In this document: in pieces, positions 38,517-51,957 of the stretch
How positions within the stretch are numbered: the stretch's first letter is position 1
Layout: each line of letters opens with the position of its first letter
NCBI RefSeq assembly: GCF_001194135.2
Contig: NC_068984.1
Coordinates: forward strand, 97,022,538-97,086,537
Source: Octopus bimaculoides
Lineage: Eukaryota
Length of the DNA stretch: 64,000 bases
Direction of reading: 5' to 3'
Position numbers and translations under genes: made by a program
Notes under the pieces: generated by a model
Told to the model about the DNA's origin: nothing
Seen by the model: the letters and a program-made list of their open reading frames with translations, nothing else
Database searches by the model: none

Positions 38517-38613
38517 GGTATGTATGTATGTATGGGTGGGTATGTAAGTATGTATATGTGTGTGTATGATGTATGTATATATAGGTATGTATGTATAGAT
38601 ATGTATGGATGTC

Positions 38614-38663
<50 letters not shown>

Positions 38664-38689
38664 ATCACCATTGGCTTCAACCATGGCCT

Positions 38690-39090
38690 CCAGACAACCT
38701 CGGAATCTCCTGCAACTCTTCTGGACGGTCTCCTTGCTTAAGTTAGTGAATGCTGCTATAATCTTTGCCTTCAGTTCATTTTTGGTGTTACAAGCAGTTT
38801 GTTGGTCTTTCGCTTAACTGTGCCCCACACATAATAATCAAGTGGGTTGTAGTGTTGGGAGATAGGTGGCCTGATGTTAGGGATGATGTGGTCGCAGAAA
38901 TTGTCTGACAGCCATGACTGGGTTCTCCTGCTTGTGTGGCATGGTGCAGAGTCCTGTTGCCAGGCATAGGGTCTTCCAGCAACTACCCTCTTGACCCAGG
39001 GCAGCACGAACCTCCTTCAGACACTTGATGTGGGCCTCCATGTTGAGTCTGAGGCCATGTAGGAAGATGAATGGAGGCATAACAACACCA
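38690..39090 (-). mobile_element. Tc1/mariner-superfamily transposase remnant; related fragments at ~49420-50070
   Basis: GRPYAWQQDSAPCHTSRRTQSWL...NPLDYYVWG. The second locus has RPYVFQQDSA and DNNPRKSMRSIAKDL. Confidence 0.8.
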
Positions 39091-40046
39091 TGAGGTTGGT
39101 TGAATCTTAGATTTTTATCACTCTTGGTACATGTTTGTATTAGAGCTTCTAGCATTTCATATTTCTGGCGCAAATGCCAAGTAGTACAACATGTCATTTC
39201 CAAATTTCTGGCAGAGTGAATTGCATCGTGGTGCTGTTCAAAAACAAATAATGTGCATGCCCAAAATAAAAAATATAAAATGGCAACAGTTTACCCATCA
39301 CACCCTGTATATATATATATGTGTATATATATATATATATAAGTCAGTAAATAGTGGGGTTGTGTTAACCGCACGTGGAGAAATAATAGGAAAATGAAAA
39401 AAAGCCAGAATGCTAAACTGGAAGCATATTTTAATAAAGATTTCTTCTAACCAGTTTTCATTGGTAAAAGCAAATTATCAAGAAGAAGGAGAATGAAAAT
39501 GTTTTTTTACAAAGAAGTACAAAATGAAGAAAATAATATATAAAACAATAATATATAAAAAAAATAAATATACCCATACATTATATTGTCTTTGAGCTTT
39601 TGTAGTTCAATAGTAGTTCATGTATAAACTGGTAGGAGAAATAAGGATGCATGAGAGTTGAGAGTTTTGTTAGGTTTAAAAAAGGGGTTAAAGGTTTGTG
39701 TTAAGCAGGAAATGTGGTGTCAAAACAGGAAGTGTGTGTAAGGGGAGACAAGTGTTTTTAGTTGGAGTTATGAACTCTTTTTTTCAACAGGAAGTTTGTG
39801 TCTGTTCATATATATATATATATTTATATAAAATATATTTATATAAAATATATGTCACAATATATGGATTCAACTAATCCGGTAGTACTCATAAAAAAGC
39901 TCCTTAAAGTATCGTTCTACAAATCATATACAGTATATAGTAAGATACAAGAAATTCATATATCACAGTTTGTTGTGATATATGAATATTCCCATGACTA
40001 AATAAATTTCATCATATTATTTCTCTCATCATTTATAACTTTATAT

Positions 40047-40398
40047 ATATGGGTTCAGTCCCACTGTGTGGCATCTTGAGCAAGTGTCTTCTACTATAGC
40101 CTCAGGCCGACCAAATCCTTGTGAGTGGATTTGGTAGACGGAAACTGAAAGAAGCCCGTCGTATATATGTATATATATATATATATATATGTGTATGTGT
40201 TTGTGTTTGTCCCCCCCTAACATCGCTTGACAACCGATGCTGGTGTGTTTATGTCCCCGTAACCTAGCGGTTCGGCAATAGAGACCGATAGAATAAGTAC
40301 TAGGCTTCTAAAGAATAAGTCCTGGGGTCGATTTGCTTGACTAAAAGGTGGTGCTCCAGCATGGCCACAGTCAAAAGACTGAAACAAGTAAAAGAGTA
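40047..40398 (+). mobile_element. SINE family B copy, 5'-truncated
   Basis: Highly similar to 21747-22105; inverted relative to 33615-34072. Confidence 0.85.
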
Positions 40399-41189
40399 TG
40401 TATATATACAAGAGTGGGCTGAAAAGTTCATTAAAGTACGTATATCCAATAATGTTACACTGCTATATTTAGTGGCTAGTTAATGTGTTTGTGGGAGGTT
40501 AATTGGTTGGATGTGATGCTGAAGAAGGATCAAGATATCTTGAAATATGCATATACACCTATTACCTATTTTTTTCCCATCTTCAATTGCTTTGTTTGCA
40601 TTACACATCTTAGGATACAAAACATTGTAACAAATCAGATAACCTTAAAAGGTGATTTAATAACACTGCTAACACAGCAGGGACACAGCATTGCCTTATA
40701 AAGCTTTTAATATACCTGGTAGTATATTATGGTTGCACAACGAAGTAAGGTGTTCCTACAAGTAATTCATGTATGTGTGTGTGAGAGAGTTAGTTTCATA
40801 CTGCTGCAATCTTCAGGTAAGAATTGTTTACAACTTAGTATTGATGATGTATTCATATCCGTTAGTTCAGTGCTTACGTTTGTTCATTGATTGGTTTTTC
40901 ATGTATCTTGGTTGAGTGGTTGCTTTTTTCTGGCTTCTTCATTCGTAGTTTATGTTATTATTATAATGTGGTGTTTGTTTTACAATTGTAAATAGGATAT
41001 TGTGTTATTAATTTGTGTGCATGTGTATAAGGTTTTAAATGTTTCAAGAAAGGCTCATTATGAAAAGGTTATTTTAAAAAATAATTGACGACATATCTAT
41101 CTATAATACATTAAAGGTCAGTTTCAATCTTGCTTGCTTGCAATATTACCCTGGCAAACTGGCGCATAATGGGAAAATACTATGAATTA

Positions 41190-41356
41190 ATTCTATTGTG
41201 TCTGGGGAGAGTCATTCTCATTAAGTGCTTTATAATTTAACACACTCACCGGTAAAATTTCCACTTATTTCTTTTTTATTTTAGTGGAAATTTTACAGGT
41301 GAGTCTGTTAAATTATAAGGCACTAAAAGAGAATGACTCCCCAGACACAACAGAAT
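41190..41356. mobile_element. Short palindromic MITE forming a ~75-bp stem hairpin
   Basis: attctattgtgtctggggagagtcattctc...aaatttccact / agtggaaattt...gagaatgactccccagacacaacagaat, with a T-rich loop. Confidence 0.85.
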
Positions 41357-42622
41357 ATGCTTCAACACACAAAGAATCTTGCAAACCAAATCCAAAAACG
41401 AAACTGTGAATTAAGTTTACACTGAAATGTTAAAAGGAACAGAATAAAACAAGTTTCATGTAAATTGGAGCAGTAGTTATTGAAATATTTGGGTTTTAGG
41501 TATAAATGCCCAAAATGGTGCATACTGTGAAAATGTTCTGAGTTTAACTTCATCCTGAAAGGAAAGAAACTCTAACCTTTCAATTAGACTGATTTGACAA
41601 TGAAAAAAATGTGATTTGTTTTTTTACTGAAGGTTGTATGAATATATATATATATTCATACAACCTTCAACAGAGTAACGGTCACATATACAACTTGAAC
41701 AGTACATAAACATACGTTTACATATACATACACATATACACACACGCAGACATGTCTACACACTTATGTAAATGCTCACATACATACATACATACATACA
41801 TACATACATACATACATGTGTATATACATGCATACACACATGCATATATACATACATACATACATACATAAACACATATATTTAATGAACTTCGTAACCT
41901 TTGTGTGAAATAGTTCTTTACCCAAGGTTTTTTTTTTTTTTTAGTGCATTCAACATTATCTTACCTCCAAAGATTTGACTATTTCTAGCACGCCCTGCTA
42001 CTACCTAACAGCTATTTGCGATAAAGGATCCGACATACCTGTTATGTGGTAGCAAGGCATGCAAGAAATAGCAGCCAAATCTTTCCTTTCCTGAGGGAAA
42101 GGAGCTGTTTATGTGTGATTTCGATGTCACATTCAAGGAAAGCATGCAAAATAATCTGGGGAAAAAAAAGACCCACGAAACAAAACTCCATTGCTGGGAA
42201 ACTGAGTTTCCCAATGGGTCATGGGTAGTCTAGTTAGCGATATAATTCCTGATTAATGGTATTTTTTACAGTTGAGTGATTTGAGGAATTGTTTTATGAG
42301 TAAAAGGCATCTGTTCTCTTATGGAATTTTGTTTCTCTTGTTCTGGAAAAGATGTGTGTTTGTGTTTATGTGTGTGTATGCACATTCATGTGTGCAGCAG
42401 TTTGTTTGTCTTTAGCAGTTGGTTCTTTGTCATCTATACAAGAAAATATTTGTGTGTGTGTATGTATTCCTAGTCATGAACCAAATTACAAACTATGCAT
42501 GTGAGATGGATGTTAAATGATGATAATGATTAGATGAGTGTGTGAAAGAGAGAGAGTATATATATATATATATGTTTTTAAGCAACAGCTTCTTCAAAAA
42601 CTTCTCTTCTCCTCTGATGTAG

Positions 42623-42802
42623 CAAATTATCTGTAGAAAGCAGTGTAGCGCATACCTGAACAACTCTCAATCGAACCTCACCCAAGCTACACACATGCGG
42701 TTATCTACTAAGCTGGCTACTCCAGGTGCCGATTGGCTGGATGAATGTTTCATTGTAATCCGTTGTAAGGTCAGTGCAAGCAAAAAGCACAAACCAGACT
42801 AG
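42623..42802 (+). CDS. Candidate terminal exon of gene D (QIICRKQCSAYLNNSQSNLTQATHMRLSTKLATPGADWLDECFIVIRCKVSASKKHKPD*)
   Basis: Long pyrimidine tract before ...gatgtag, 59 open codons in phase 0, and plus-strand AATAAA at 43236. Internal donors exist, so it could instead be an internal exon. Confidence 0.35.
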   Translation, partial: QIICRKQCSAYLNNSQSNLTQATHMRLSTKLATPGADWLDECFIVIRCKVSASKKHKPD

Positions 42803-43227
42803 CATTAGATTTCTAATTAGAAAGCTTCTTTTCTTCATGCCAGCAACACTTGCATTACTCACCTGTCAACCCTTCACACACACACAAACACATATATATA
42901 TGTATATATATATATATAATTTGTATATGCCACCTGTTGCCTCTGTGTATTCTCCATTTTAAACATTTTTCTAATATCAGTTTTTTTTCTCTTTACTTCT
43001 TTTTACATCTCTCAATGGATGCATGCTTGTTTGTATGTGTATAATTTCCTTTCTACACACTCTCACATCACATACCATTGAATGATAAAGTATCAGATGC
43101 AATGAGGAATAATTTATGCTTGTAAACGATGGCAAAACACTCTCAGCTATATAAAGTTAACCAAACACCCATTGATGAAAGCTCTATCAATGAAATGTTA
43201 CCATAAGGTGTATGTCAAGGTGTTGGC

Positions 43228-43241
43228 TTTATTCCAATAAA
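43228..43241. terminator. Back-to-back poly(A) signals on both strands (TTTATT-CC-AATAAA)
   Basis: Minus AATAAA at 43228-43233, ~120 nt after the gene B stop; plus AATAAA at 43236-43241. Confidence 0.5.
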
Positions 43242-43352
43242 CTTAACATTGACATAAAATGCCTTATGTAACTTGCTCTGTTTTGCTTATGTTGTAAGCC
43301 GTACTTTTCATTGTGCCAACAAACTGGAAGTTACCAGTTCCACCCTGCTACT

Positions 43353-43426
43353 TTAATACTTCATCATTTCAACTTGGATGTCACCAAAATCACTTAAATG
43401 TGCCTTAGTAGCATCTGCTGATGATC
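43353..43426 (-). CDS. Terminal coding exon of gene B (GSSADATKAHLSDFGDIQVEMMKY*)
   Basis: Strong acceptor tgtgttttaactcttatttag. The phase-1 join to the upstream exon is in frame, and AATAAA follows downstream. Confidence 0.65.
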
Positions 43427-43790
43427 CTAAATAAGAGTTAAAACACAAGAGTTATTTCCTATATCTAAAAATGTTAAACAATATTAAATGTTACAAACCA
43501 AAAAATATTGTATTTATTCTTTCACACCATATTTCCTTTTGCTTTTTGCATATTTCAGGCATTGTCAGTGATTTAGCCCACTTTACTATAATTCCTTATG
43601 CAGATGCCTTCTTTCTCTTTTTCTCTTTCCTTCCTACACTCACATACATCAACAAATGTACAATTTATTACATTGGTTTTCAGCTTCATTTACTAACTGT
43701 TAAGCAGCAAGTGAGATTATACTTCTGCTGATGATGGCTAAATTAGTGAAACATCTTGCCTTATCTCCCATACATACTGGGACATAGTAC

Positions 43791-43853
43791 CTTTTGGAGT
43801 AACACTTAGTCCATGGAATTGGAGTATTTTTAATGGTACCAAATCAAACCTGC
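43791..43853 (-). CDS. Penultimate exon of gene B (RFDLVPLKILQFHGLSVTPK)
   Basis: Acceptor gatgacag (alternative gcag 4 nt downstream) and donor AAG|GTACTA. Only one open frame, which joins the terminal exon. Confidence 0.6.
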
Positions 43854-45539
43854 CTGTCATCAGACAAAGTGACAAGTTAACAAATTTGATTTCCAATCAA
43901 ATACTTCTTAAAAACAAATGGGAAGTAGAAAACTTGAAACATTGGATGATAAAGGCAAAATTTGATTTGAACAACAATAAAAAATTTCACAGCAATGAAA
44001 ATTGTATACATGATTATCATTAATTATAACAGTAGTAAGACCAGAAGAAAAAAATATACAAGAGTGAATATGTGCTTATAAAAGTAGAAATCTGATTCAC
44101 TGTGCCAAATGCCAAATATTTCTATTTAAAGAAGGGCAAAGAAAGGAATTTTGTTGATTAGTTTGAAGCTCTTCTGAATGGACAATAATATAATCATGTA
44201 ATTTGGCATGTAATAACATGCAAGATTATATAACATGTTTACATAACTTTGCTACATCTTCAGGTAATACTCCATTAGAAGTCTATTAGATGATATTTAC
44301 TGAATGTAGCATATAAAATTTCAAGTGAAAGATGGTTTTAAATATACTGTTTGATTCATTTGGGAATGGTAAGCTTAGTATGGAGTCCAGTAACCAATCA
44401 AAATCAATAACCTCATATGCTAAATACATTCATTATTTTCAAAAGGAAAAACAAAGTACAAATGTGATTGTTTATTTTTCGAATGACATTGTAGGGTAGG
44501 TGAGAGAGGTTGGATCTGATCAGTTTGATCATAAGACAGGCAAAATATTTGGGCCAGATATGGCTGGGTTTAAATGCTTAAGGATTAAGGTAAAAACCAA
44601 TCAATTCATTAACTACACAAGCTAGACATGTTCATCAAATTCAATCTCCACTGGGGATTGGTTATAACTTAAGTCTATTACACTCAAAGTGGATGAGGTA
44701 GAAAATAATTGATTACAATAGATAAAAGTTAACATCCAGCAATTCTTATCACTGATAATAGTAGTTGTCAGTGTTATTAGCTGGCGAAGAACAGGAAAGA
44801 GATAATGCCAAACAGAAATCTCCAGACTGTTGTGTAAATACTAATTTGGGAGAAAATATTAGCAATAGTTTTATGATATTTTAGTGTCAAGAGATGTTGC
44901 TAGTTCACAGATTATATGTGTGATAAGGGGCCATACAGTTGTGCTAATGCACACACATTAAACATATGTAAATATATCCACACACATGCACATGCTAATA
45001 GAACTAAAATTAAAGAAGAGAAATTACAATGTTAAGTCTGCTTTAGTGAAAAGACTAATAAAGGATATAGATAATTTACCAAGATAAGAGAAGAAAATAT
45101 TAACAAAACAGGAAAATTTTAAAATTAACAACATTGAAGAAAAAATTAATCAGCAAAGCGATAAACTTGAAGGAACAAACACGTTCTTCCCAAAAGGAAG
45201 ATAAGGGATAATACTAGACACATTAAACAAGACCAGATATGGACAACCAAAAGACTATTGATTTAAGTCATTGAAGATAGTATGTAATAAGTGTATTGGT
45301 TTATAATACACACACATCTACACAACATGAAGCCACAACATTCTAAAATTGAATAGTTCTTTAATTTGTCATGCTGAAACTGAAAGAAGGGCCTTTGTAT
45401 TTGACAGTTTATAAGATGTATTCCACTTTTAACGAGGCTTTTCTTGAAAAAAATTTTAGTTTATTTCTTTCTTGACATAATCAGACTATGCATGTAAATA
45501 AATTGCTAGTTTATTGACTGCTGTAGTAGCATTATAGTT

Positions 45540-46580
45540 AGCGGTTACAAAGGTAAAAGAGATACCTTAGAGGGGTAACTATAAGGGTATCCACAAATTG
45601 TTGAACCAGGTCATGACAGTCACAGAAAGTGTTATAGGTTAATTTATTAGGTAGAGAGTTTGTCTAGATGAGATGCAATTTGATCTGTTGCCATTTTCCT
45701 AAAGAGACACCTGCAAACATACTTAGCTAAGAGTAAGCAGCTGTACCTAGCATTTGTCAACCTGAAAAAGTCTTCAACAGAATACCCTGCTCCATAATCT
45801 GGTGGGTACTGAGGAAACTAGGAGTAGATGAATGGGCTGTGAGAGCCATACAAACCATGTACAGGAGGGGTGTAAGTAAAGTGAGAGTTGGCTAAGACTA
45901 CAGTGACAAATTTAATGTGTAGATAAGAGTCCATCAAATGCCAATACTCATTCCCCTCCAGGCCATAATATAAAAGTTTAAGATTTGATACCTGTGAAAA
46001 CTCCTATATGCTGATGACCTTGTTCATATAGCTGACTCTTTAATCAGAATTAAAGAAAGAAATTTCAGACACAGAAGGAAAACCTGGAATCAAAGGACCT
46101 CAAAGTTAACTTAACTAAGACTAACATGTTTGTAAGTAGGAAAACAAACAAGACCTCGCTTCAATAGAGGAAACCTCTTTACTCAATATCTAGAAAACGA
46201 GTAGGAAGAAATTTCTTATGGTGCAGCCAATGCAAACTATGAACACTCAAGAGGTGCAGTGAAATCATGAGTAGATTAGCAAAGAAAGCAGATTTTGTAT
46301 GTGATAAATGCACGAGGGTAATAAACACTATGAATACATGAGAAATAGATCTCAGTTTCCTGGACAATCATTAAAAGTAGTTCATATTTTTGTTACCAAT
46401 GTGACCTAGTTGTTGGGAATGTTCTAAAAGTATTGTTGCCAGAATAAGAACAGATAGGAGAAAGTTGAGAGAACTGCTAACTTTGTTGGTGACAAAAATT
46501 TCCTCACTCTCAGTGAATGGCAGACAGGTTTTGTATGCAGTGGACCTGCAAAGACTAGAAAGAAATGAAGCGAACATACT
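45540..46580 (+). mobile_element. Heavily decayed RTE LINE RT fragment
   Basis: Remnants of NYKGI, LYLAFVNLKK and LLYADDL, plus a Cys/His finger. Confidence 0.8.
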
Positions 46581-46984
46581 CTAAGACTTTCCATTCTTTT
46601 GTTTAGGTAAATGTATATAGGACTACCTTACCCAGTGTGTTCCTTTTTTACAAAAGGAAAATGACAGCAAGGTGTGGTTTGAGAAGAATTTACTTGCCGT
46701 TTCTTAGCAGATTTAGTAAATATGTTGAGGTCATCTTATTGTCTGAGTTTATAATATATTTAATAAATGAACCTTTGCTAGTTTGGGAGATGATAGGGAA
46801 GTAATTAGTCTCTGTTTAGTGGTAAATTATATTATTATTAGGGACCTCTGATTTTTGTGTCGCATATAGTTAGGTTGGTAGAGATCTCTAGTGTGTGTTA
46901 AAAGAGGTTGTATAGTTAGTAGGGAACATCTGTTTCTGTGTAGATATGTGTTTGAATACCTTATAGGTATCGAAGGTTCATTGT

Positions 46985-47057
<73 letters not shown>

Positions 47058-47945
47058 AACTATGCTTCAGGGAAATATTTTACAATAATCTCTCCTTTGT
47101 GTCTGTGTATCCTGTTAGCAAAAAATAAAAATTTATATCATCATCACCATGGTTGTTTTTGCTACTACCACTGCTACTGTCAGAAAAACTATAGTGCCAA
47201 ATTAATTACCTATAAGGTATTTAGTTACATCAGTTAACATTTTCAGTTTGAGCTTGACTTTGCCTTTTAACCTTGCAGAGTTGATAAAGGAAGCACTGGG
47301 GTTTGATTTAACCAGCTACATACCACTCATCCTGCAAAATGGGTGGCTTTGTGCCAACATTAGTACTCATTGTCAAATGCTTTTTTTTTTATCTGCTTAG
47401 AGCAGAAATGGTAACACCCATGATGCTTCTCAGGGTCTCTACATCTGATGAAAGAATGAGAGAAAAGATCCTTAGGCTGGAGACCTGGCTAACTTCAACA
47501 GAGAGAACTCTGTTAAAGGTACCACTTAAATACCAGATGATGTTAAACTGGGTGACTCACTCAAGAATAGGAATGGTCTTCTGACTGCTTTCTACATAGG
47601 TTCTGTCTACTAAATTTCACTTAATGCTTTGTTTGATTGCCCAAGGTGCCATGCTGTGGGACTGAACCCAAAACCACTTGGTTGTGAAACAAATTTCTGA
47701 ATCACACAACTGTGCCTGTTGTTGTTGTTAACATCTCCCTATGAGTTTGGGTTGCCTGCTGTAAGAGATTCTTGGACTTCATAAAACTGTAGCTATATCA
47801 CTGTTGTATTTATCATGCTGGAGCTATCTATATTGCTGTTGTGTTATTGTGCTATAATCAGATGTGTTTTAGAGTTGAGTGTCAGCAAAGGTGAGGAACA
47901 GGTGGTGTATTACATCTGCAGGTATGTGTGTGTGTTTGTGTATAT

Positions 47946-47980
<35 letters not shown>

Positions 47981-48529
47981 CAGTGTGTATGTATATGTAT
48001 GTGCTAGTGCTTGTGTATGTGTTTGTGCCATTGCATACATGTATGTATGGACAGATTTCTAACATTGAAAGTGAGGCTTACTAAGAGCTCCTTTTTTCAG
48101 CTACTAAATGTAAGAGATAAAACAGAGCTAGTATAGAATGTAGTGGAATACAGAATGTGGTAGTGTGGTAGCATTAGTTTTAGTGCTGATAATGTGATGG
48201 AATGTTGTTTGTATTGTATTGGTGGTGGTGGTATTGATGTGGTAGTATTAGTAGGGAAGTGTTGGTAGTGAGGGGGTATATCTAAATGGGGAAGATGTAT
48301 GTCTAGCTTTTGTTAAGCTTTCTGCCAATACAACTAACCACAGTCAGTCTTGCAGAGAACTAGCTGCTGGTGGAAGTGGAGGTGGTGGGTGTGGTAATGG
48401 TGGTGTGTGTATGGGGGATTTATATACATATACTCTTTTACTTGTTTCAGCCATGCGGCTGTGGTCATTCTGGAGCACCACCATGGTCTTTCTGACTTTC
48501 TCAATCTGGGTGTTTGTCCCAGCTGTGCC

Positions 48530-49420
48530 TTTGTCCCAGCTGTTGGTACATCTGGTATATAAGGGAGTTTGATACACTGCTCTTGTCTGTACATCATGTC
48601 CGGCTGTTGGTTCATCTGGTATTGTGGAGAGGAGGATACCTAGTTTCTTTTTGAAGACATCTACTTCCACCTTATGCAAATTTCTTAATTTTTGTGGCAT
48701 GGTATTGAAGAGCTGTGGACTTTGAGCTTTATACTATTGCAGTACCTGGTCCTCACTTTAGATAGAGTGGATTGTACCTTTGGTACAATGGCAGCCAGTT
48801 CTGGCATTTGTATAACACTCAATGCCAAAGTAGGTAATTTTCTTCTAGGAACATTATCAACTTCTTTCTGAAGATTCACTCCATGATTTTACTGATATGT
48901 GAAGTCAGAGAGATTGTCCTGTAGTTTTTAGCCTCTGCTCTGCTTCCACCTTTGTGGATAGGGCATATAATGCCTTTGTTCAGCTTCTTAAGTAGTATAC
49001 CACTTGCAAGGAAACTTTGGAAAAGCCTGCTTACATGACTTCTAGGATTTTCCATATGTATATTATTGCATATCTCTCACGCCTCCAGGGAGTAAAGCTG
49101 TAGTTTTCTCAGCCTATCCCTGTAGCTCATCCACTGCACTGTTTCGATCTTTTTAGTGTAGTGGTGTTGGACTGTTTCAAACTCTGCTGTTAGTTTGGCA
49201 CTATATCATGACCATAACTGGGAGCAGTAGTCCAGGCAGCTGAGAACAAAGGTTTTCCACAGGGTCAACATAGTTTCTTGGTCTCTTGTCTTGAAAGACC
49301 TCAGTATCCATCCTGCCAGTTGTCTGCACTTTGCTGCTATCTTGCTAATGTACATATAAAATCATGCATCATTGCACATACTGATCCCCAAATCTTTCAC
49401 TGCCTGTGACTCTGGGATTG
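48530..49420 (-). mobile_element. CR1/L2-like LINE 3' fragment
   Basis: MPQKLRNLHKVEVDVFKKKLGILLSTIPDEPT, typical of a CR1-group ORF2 C-terminus. Confidence 0.7.
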
Positions 49421-50299
49421 TAGTACCTTTGGTTCCTGTATTCGTGAGTTGATAGTGCAGTGTTATCAGCAATGTGTGACAGTGCAGAGTCTTGCTGAAA
49501 CACATATGGCCTTCCATTGCATATCCAGGGCTTAACAATTATTTCCAGGACCTCAGTGTATGTAGCACAGTTAACTCTAAGGCCTTGCAGAAAGAAGTAA
49601 GGGAGCATCACATGTCCTTCATGCTGACAACCCCTAAAACCATAACAGTTGCAGGAAATTTTGTATGCATAACACTTGGAACTTCAGGAGGGTCTGCACA
49701 TAACCAGCTGTCATTTTTTGTGTTAACCTTTTGATCTTAGTTGAAGTTTTTCTTGTTTGGGATAAACCGAATCAAATCTTCTGCTGGATTTTTCAGTTTG
49801 TTTAAGAGCTTTTTAGATCTGATGTGATTTTCTTTTGCTTTTTCTGACAAATTGACCTTTCCTCATCATATAAGACTTCTGATGTCTTCGTGGACAACGT
49901 TTCTGATTGTTGCTTCTGACACATGGAGATCTTTTGCAATTGACCTCATGGACTTTCTAGGATTGTTATCAATGGTCGGTTGAACTTGCTGGATAAATTC
50001 AGGTGTTCTGATTATTTCAGGGCATTTAGAATGCTTTTTATGCTTTGATACTGTTGATGTTTCCATCTTCAGTCTCTAGCTCCTTACAAACTTTATTGAG
50101 GAAAGATCTGGCAACTTTGAAAAATCGAGATATTTATAAATTGCTATGCTCAGCCTTTATAACTACAATAACAGCATGCCTCTTCATGCCTTTGACTAAC
50201 AACCATCTTTGGTATACAGATGTTCTCAAGTTGTATGCTGCAAATGATAGTCTATGTGCTGTTTACAATACTATTGCAGATAGCACATTGATTTACTAA

Positions 50300-51470
50300 A
50301 GAAATGAGTATGAGATTTGGCTTTAAAAAAATGTACCAAAGCAACCTTGAATAGAAGAAAATAAATTAAGAACACTGATATTATTTATACTAGATAAAGA
50401 TACAGAGATAAGGGAATTAGACCAAACACAGGCATACAAATACTTGGGAATAAATGAACTAGACAGTGTGTACAGCATACAAATGAAAGAAAAAATTTTT
50501 TAAAGAGTTAAATGCAAAAGAAAAAAAATAGTAAGGTAATAGGCTTCAAAACTCAAGCTATCTAAATAAGTTACAGTTTTATTATTCTCAATTGGACACT
50601 AAACAAAGTATCCACATTGGAAGCAAGGAAAATAATGACTTCATTTAGAATACACCACCCAAGATATTACATTGGAAGACTATATTTACCTTAAATACAA
50701 GACATAGCTAAAAAAGTAACTATTACAAAATATCCTGTTGGACAAGAAAAGTATCTAGTAAAGAATCATGGAAAATTACTACAAATAGCTATGAAACAAA
50801 AAAAAATTGATTCCTTTCTCATAGAAGCCAACTAATACAAAACAAGACTGCAGTAACTGATAGTTATGAAGAACAGAGAAACAACAGATGAAACACAACA
50901 TGGTGAGTAACTGCTGTATATGTAGATATATTGGAAGAAACAGTTAACCACATTATCTCTGGTTGTGCATTCTTTGCCAAGATATATATTTGCTGACATG
51001 GCAGTTATACCAGCACTATGAAATAGCAACAGGAAAGAAATGGTAGAGACATACACGAGAAAAGGTCTCCAAGAATGGCAAAGCAACTGTTCTCTGCGAT
51101 ATGCCTATACACACAGACAGGAAGATAAAGGCTAACCCAACCAGATACATTTGTTAAAGAACATTAAGAACAGAAATGCCTCTTATTCAATATTTCAGTC
51201 CCAACCAATAGTTATGTATCATTAAAAGAGATTGAGAAATTATCCAAATATTAAAGATTTTAAAGAGAACTTGAATATGGGACCTGAAAATAGAAACAAT
51301 CCCTATAATAATAGGTGTTTTCGGAATTATTAAAGAAAACATGCAGACAAACGCATAACCAAACCCCAAGACTTACAAATATGCATAACATACAGAAACT
51401 AGCACTGTTAAGCACCATACATATATTATGTAAGATGCTTCAACACAATAATAATAAAACCAACACAAAA
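50300..51470 (+). mobile_element. Decayed RLE-type (Dong/R4-like) LINE 3' part
   Basis: A-rich; remnants of YKYLGINE, ETVNHIISGC (CCHC region), DMPIHTDRKIKAN(P)D and IETIPIIIG. Confidence 0.75.
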
Positions 51471-51957
51471 CACTACACATACTTAAGGCACACAAAGCTG
51501 TACTGAATAGTACAGTGAAAACATGTAACAAAAAGAGATGAATAATCTATAGCGTTTGCTTGGCTGTATTGACCAATAATCCTAAAATTAAATATTATTA
51601 ACCAAATACAGTTTCTTTAGATGCTGTAAATAGACATGTCTGTCATTACAAATGTACTGTCTAATGTACAAAGTGACAGGTCAGTCGCAGCTGTAAACAT
51701 TTTTTTGTTCCAGGCCTGCTTGATCAGGGTTGACCTTGGGCTAAACAACAAGAAAGTAAATATAACAGCATGCGTGTGTTTTATATGATTGTGGCTCCTC
51801 CTCTGGATAACTGTTTCAGGTCAAAAATACTACCTTGGATCATTTAAAGCCTGGTTGTTATTATCATTGTCTTTTGCCAATCTTCTAAGTTGTGGGGATG
51901 TAAACAAACCATCAAGTGATGATGAGGGTGGGGACAAACATAATGACACTCACGTAG

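Noticed and set aside
47401-47921. Plus-strand exon candidates AEMVTPMMLL... (47401-47518) and ELSVSKGEEQVVYYIC (47873-47921)
   Set aside because: Their phases are incompatible with each other, they lie antisense within gene B among repeat fragments, and no promoter or further exons support them.
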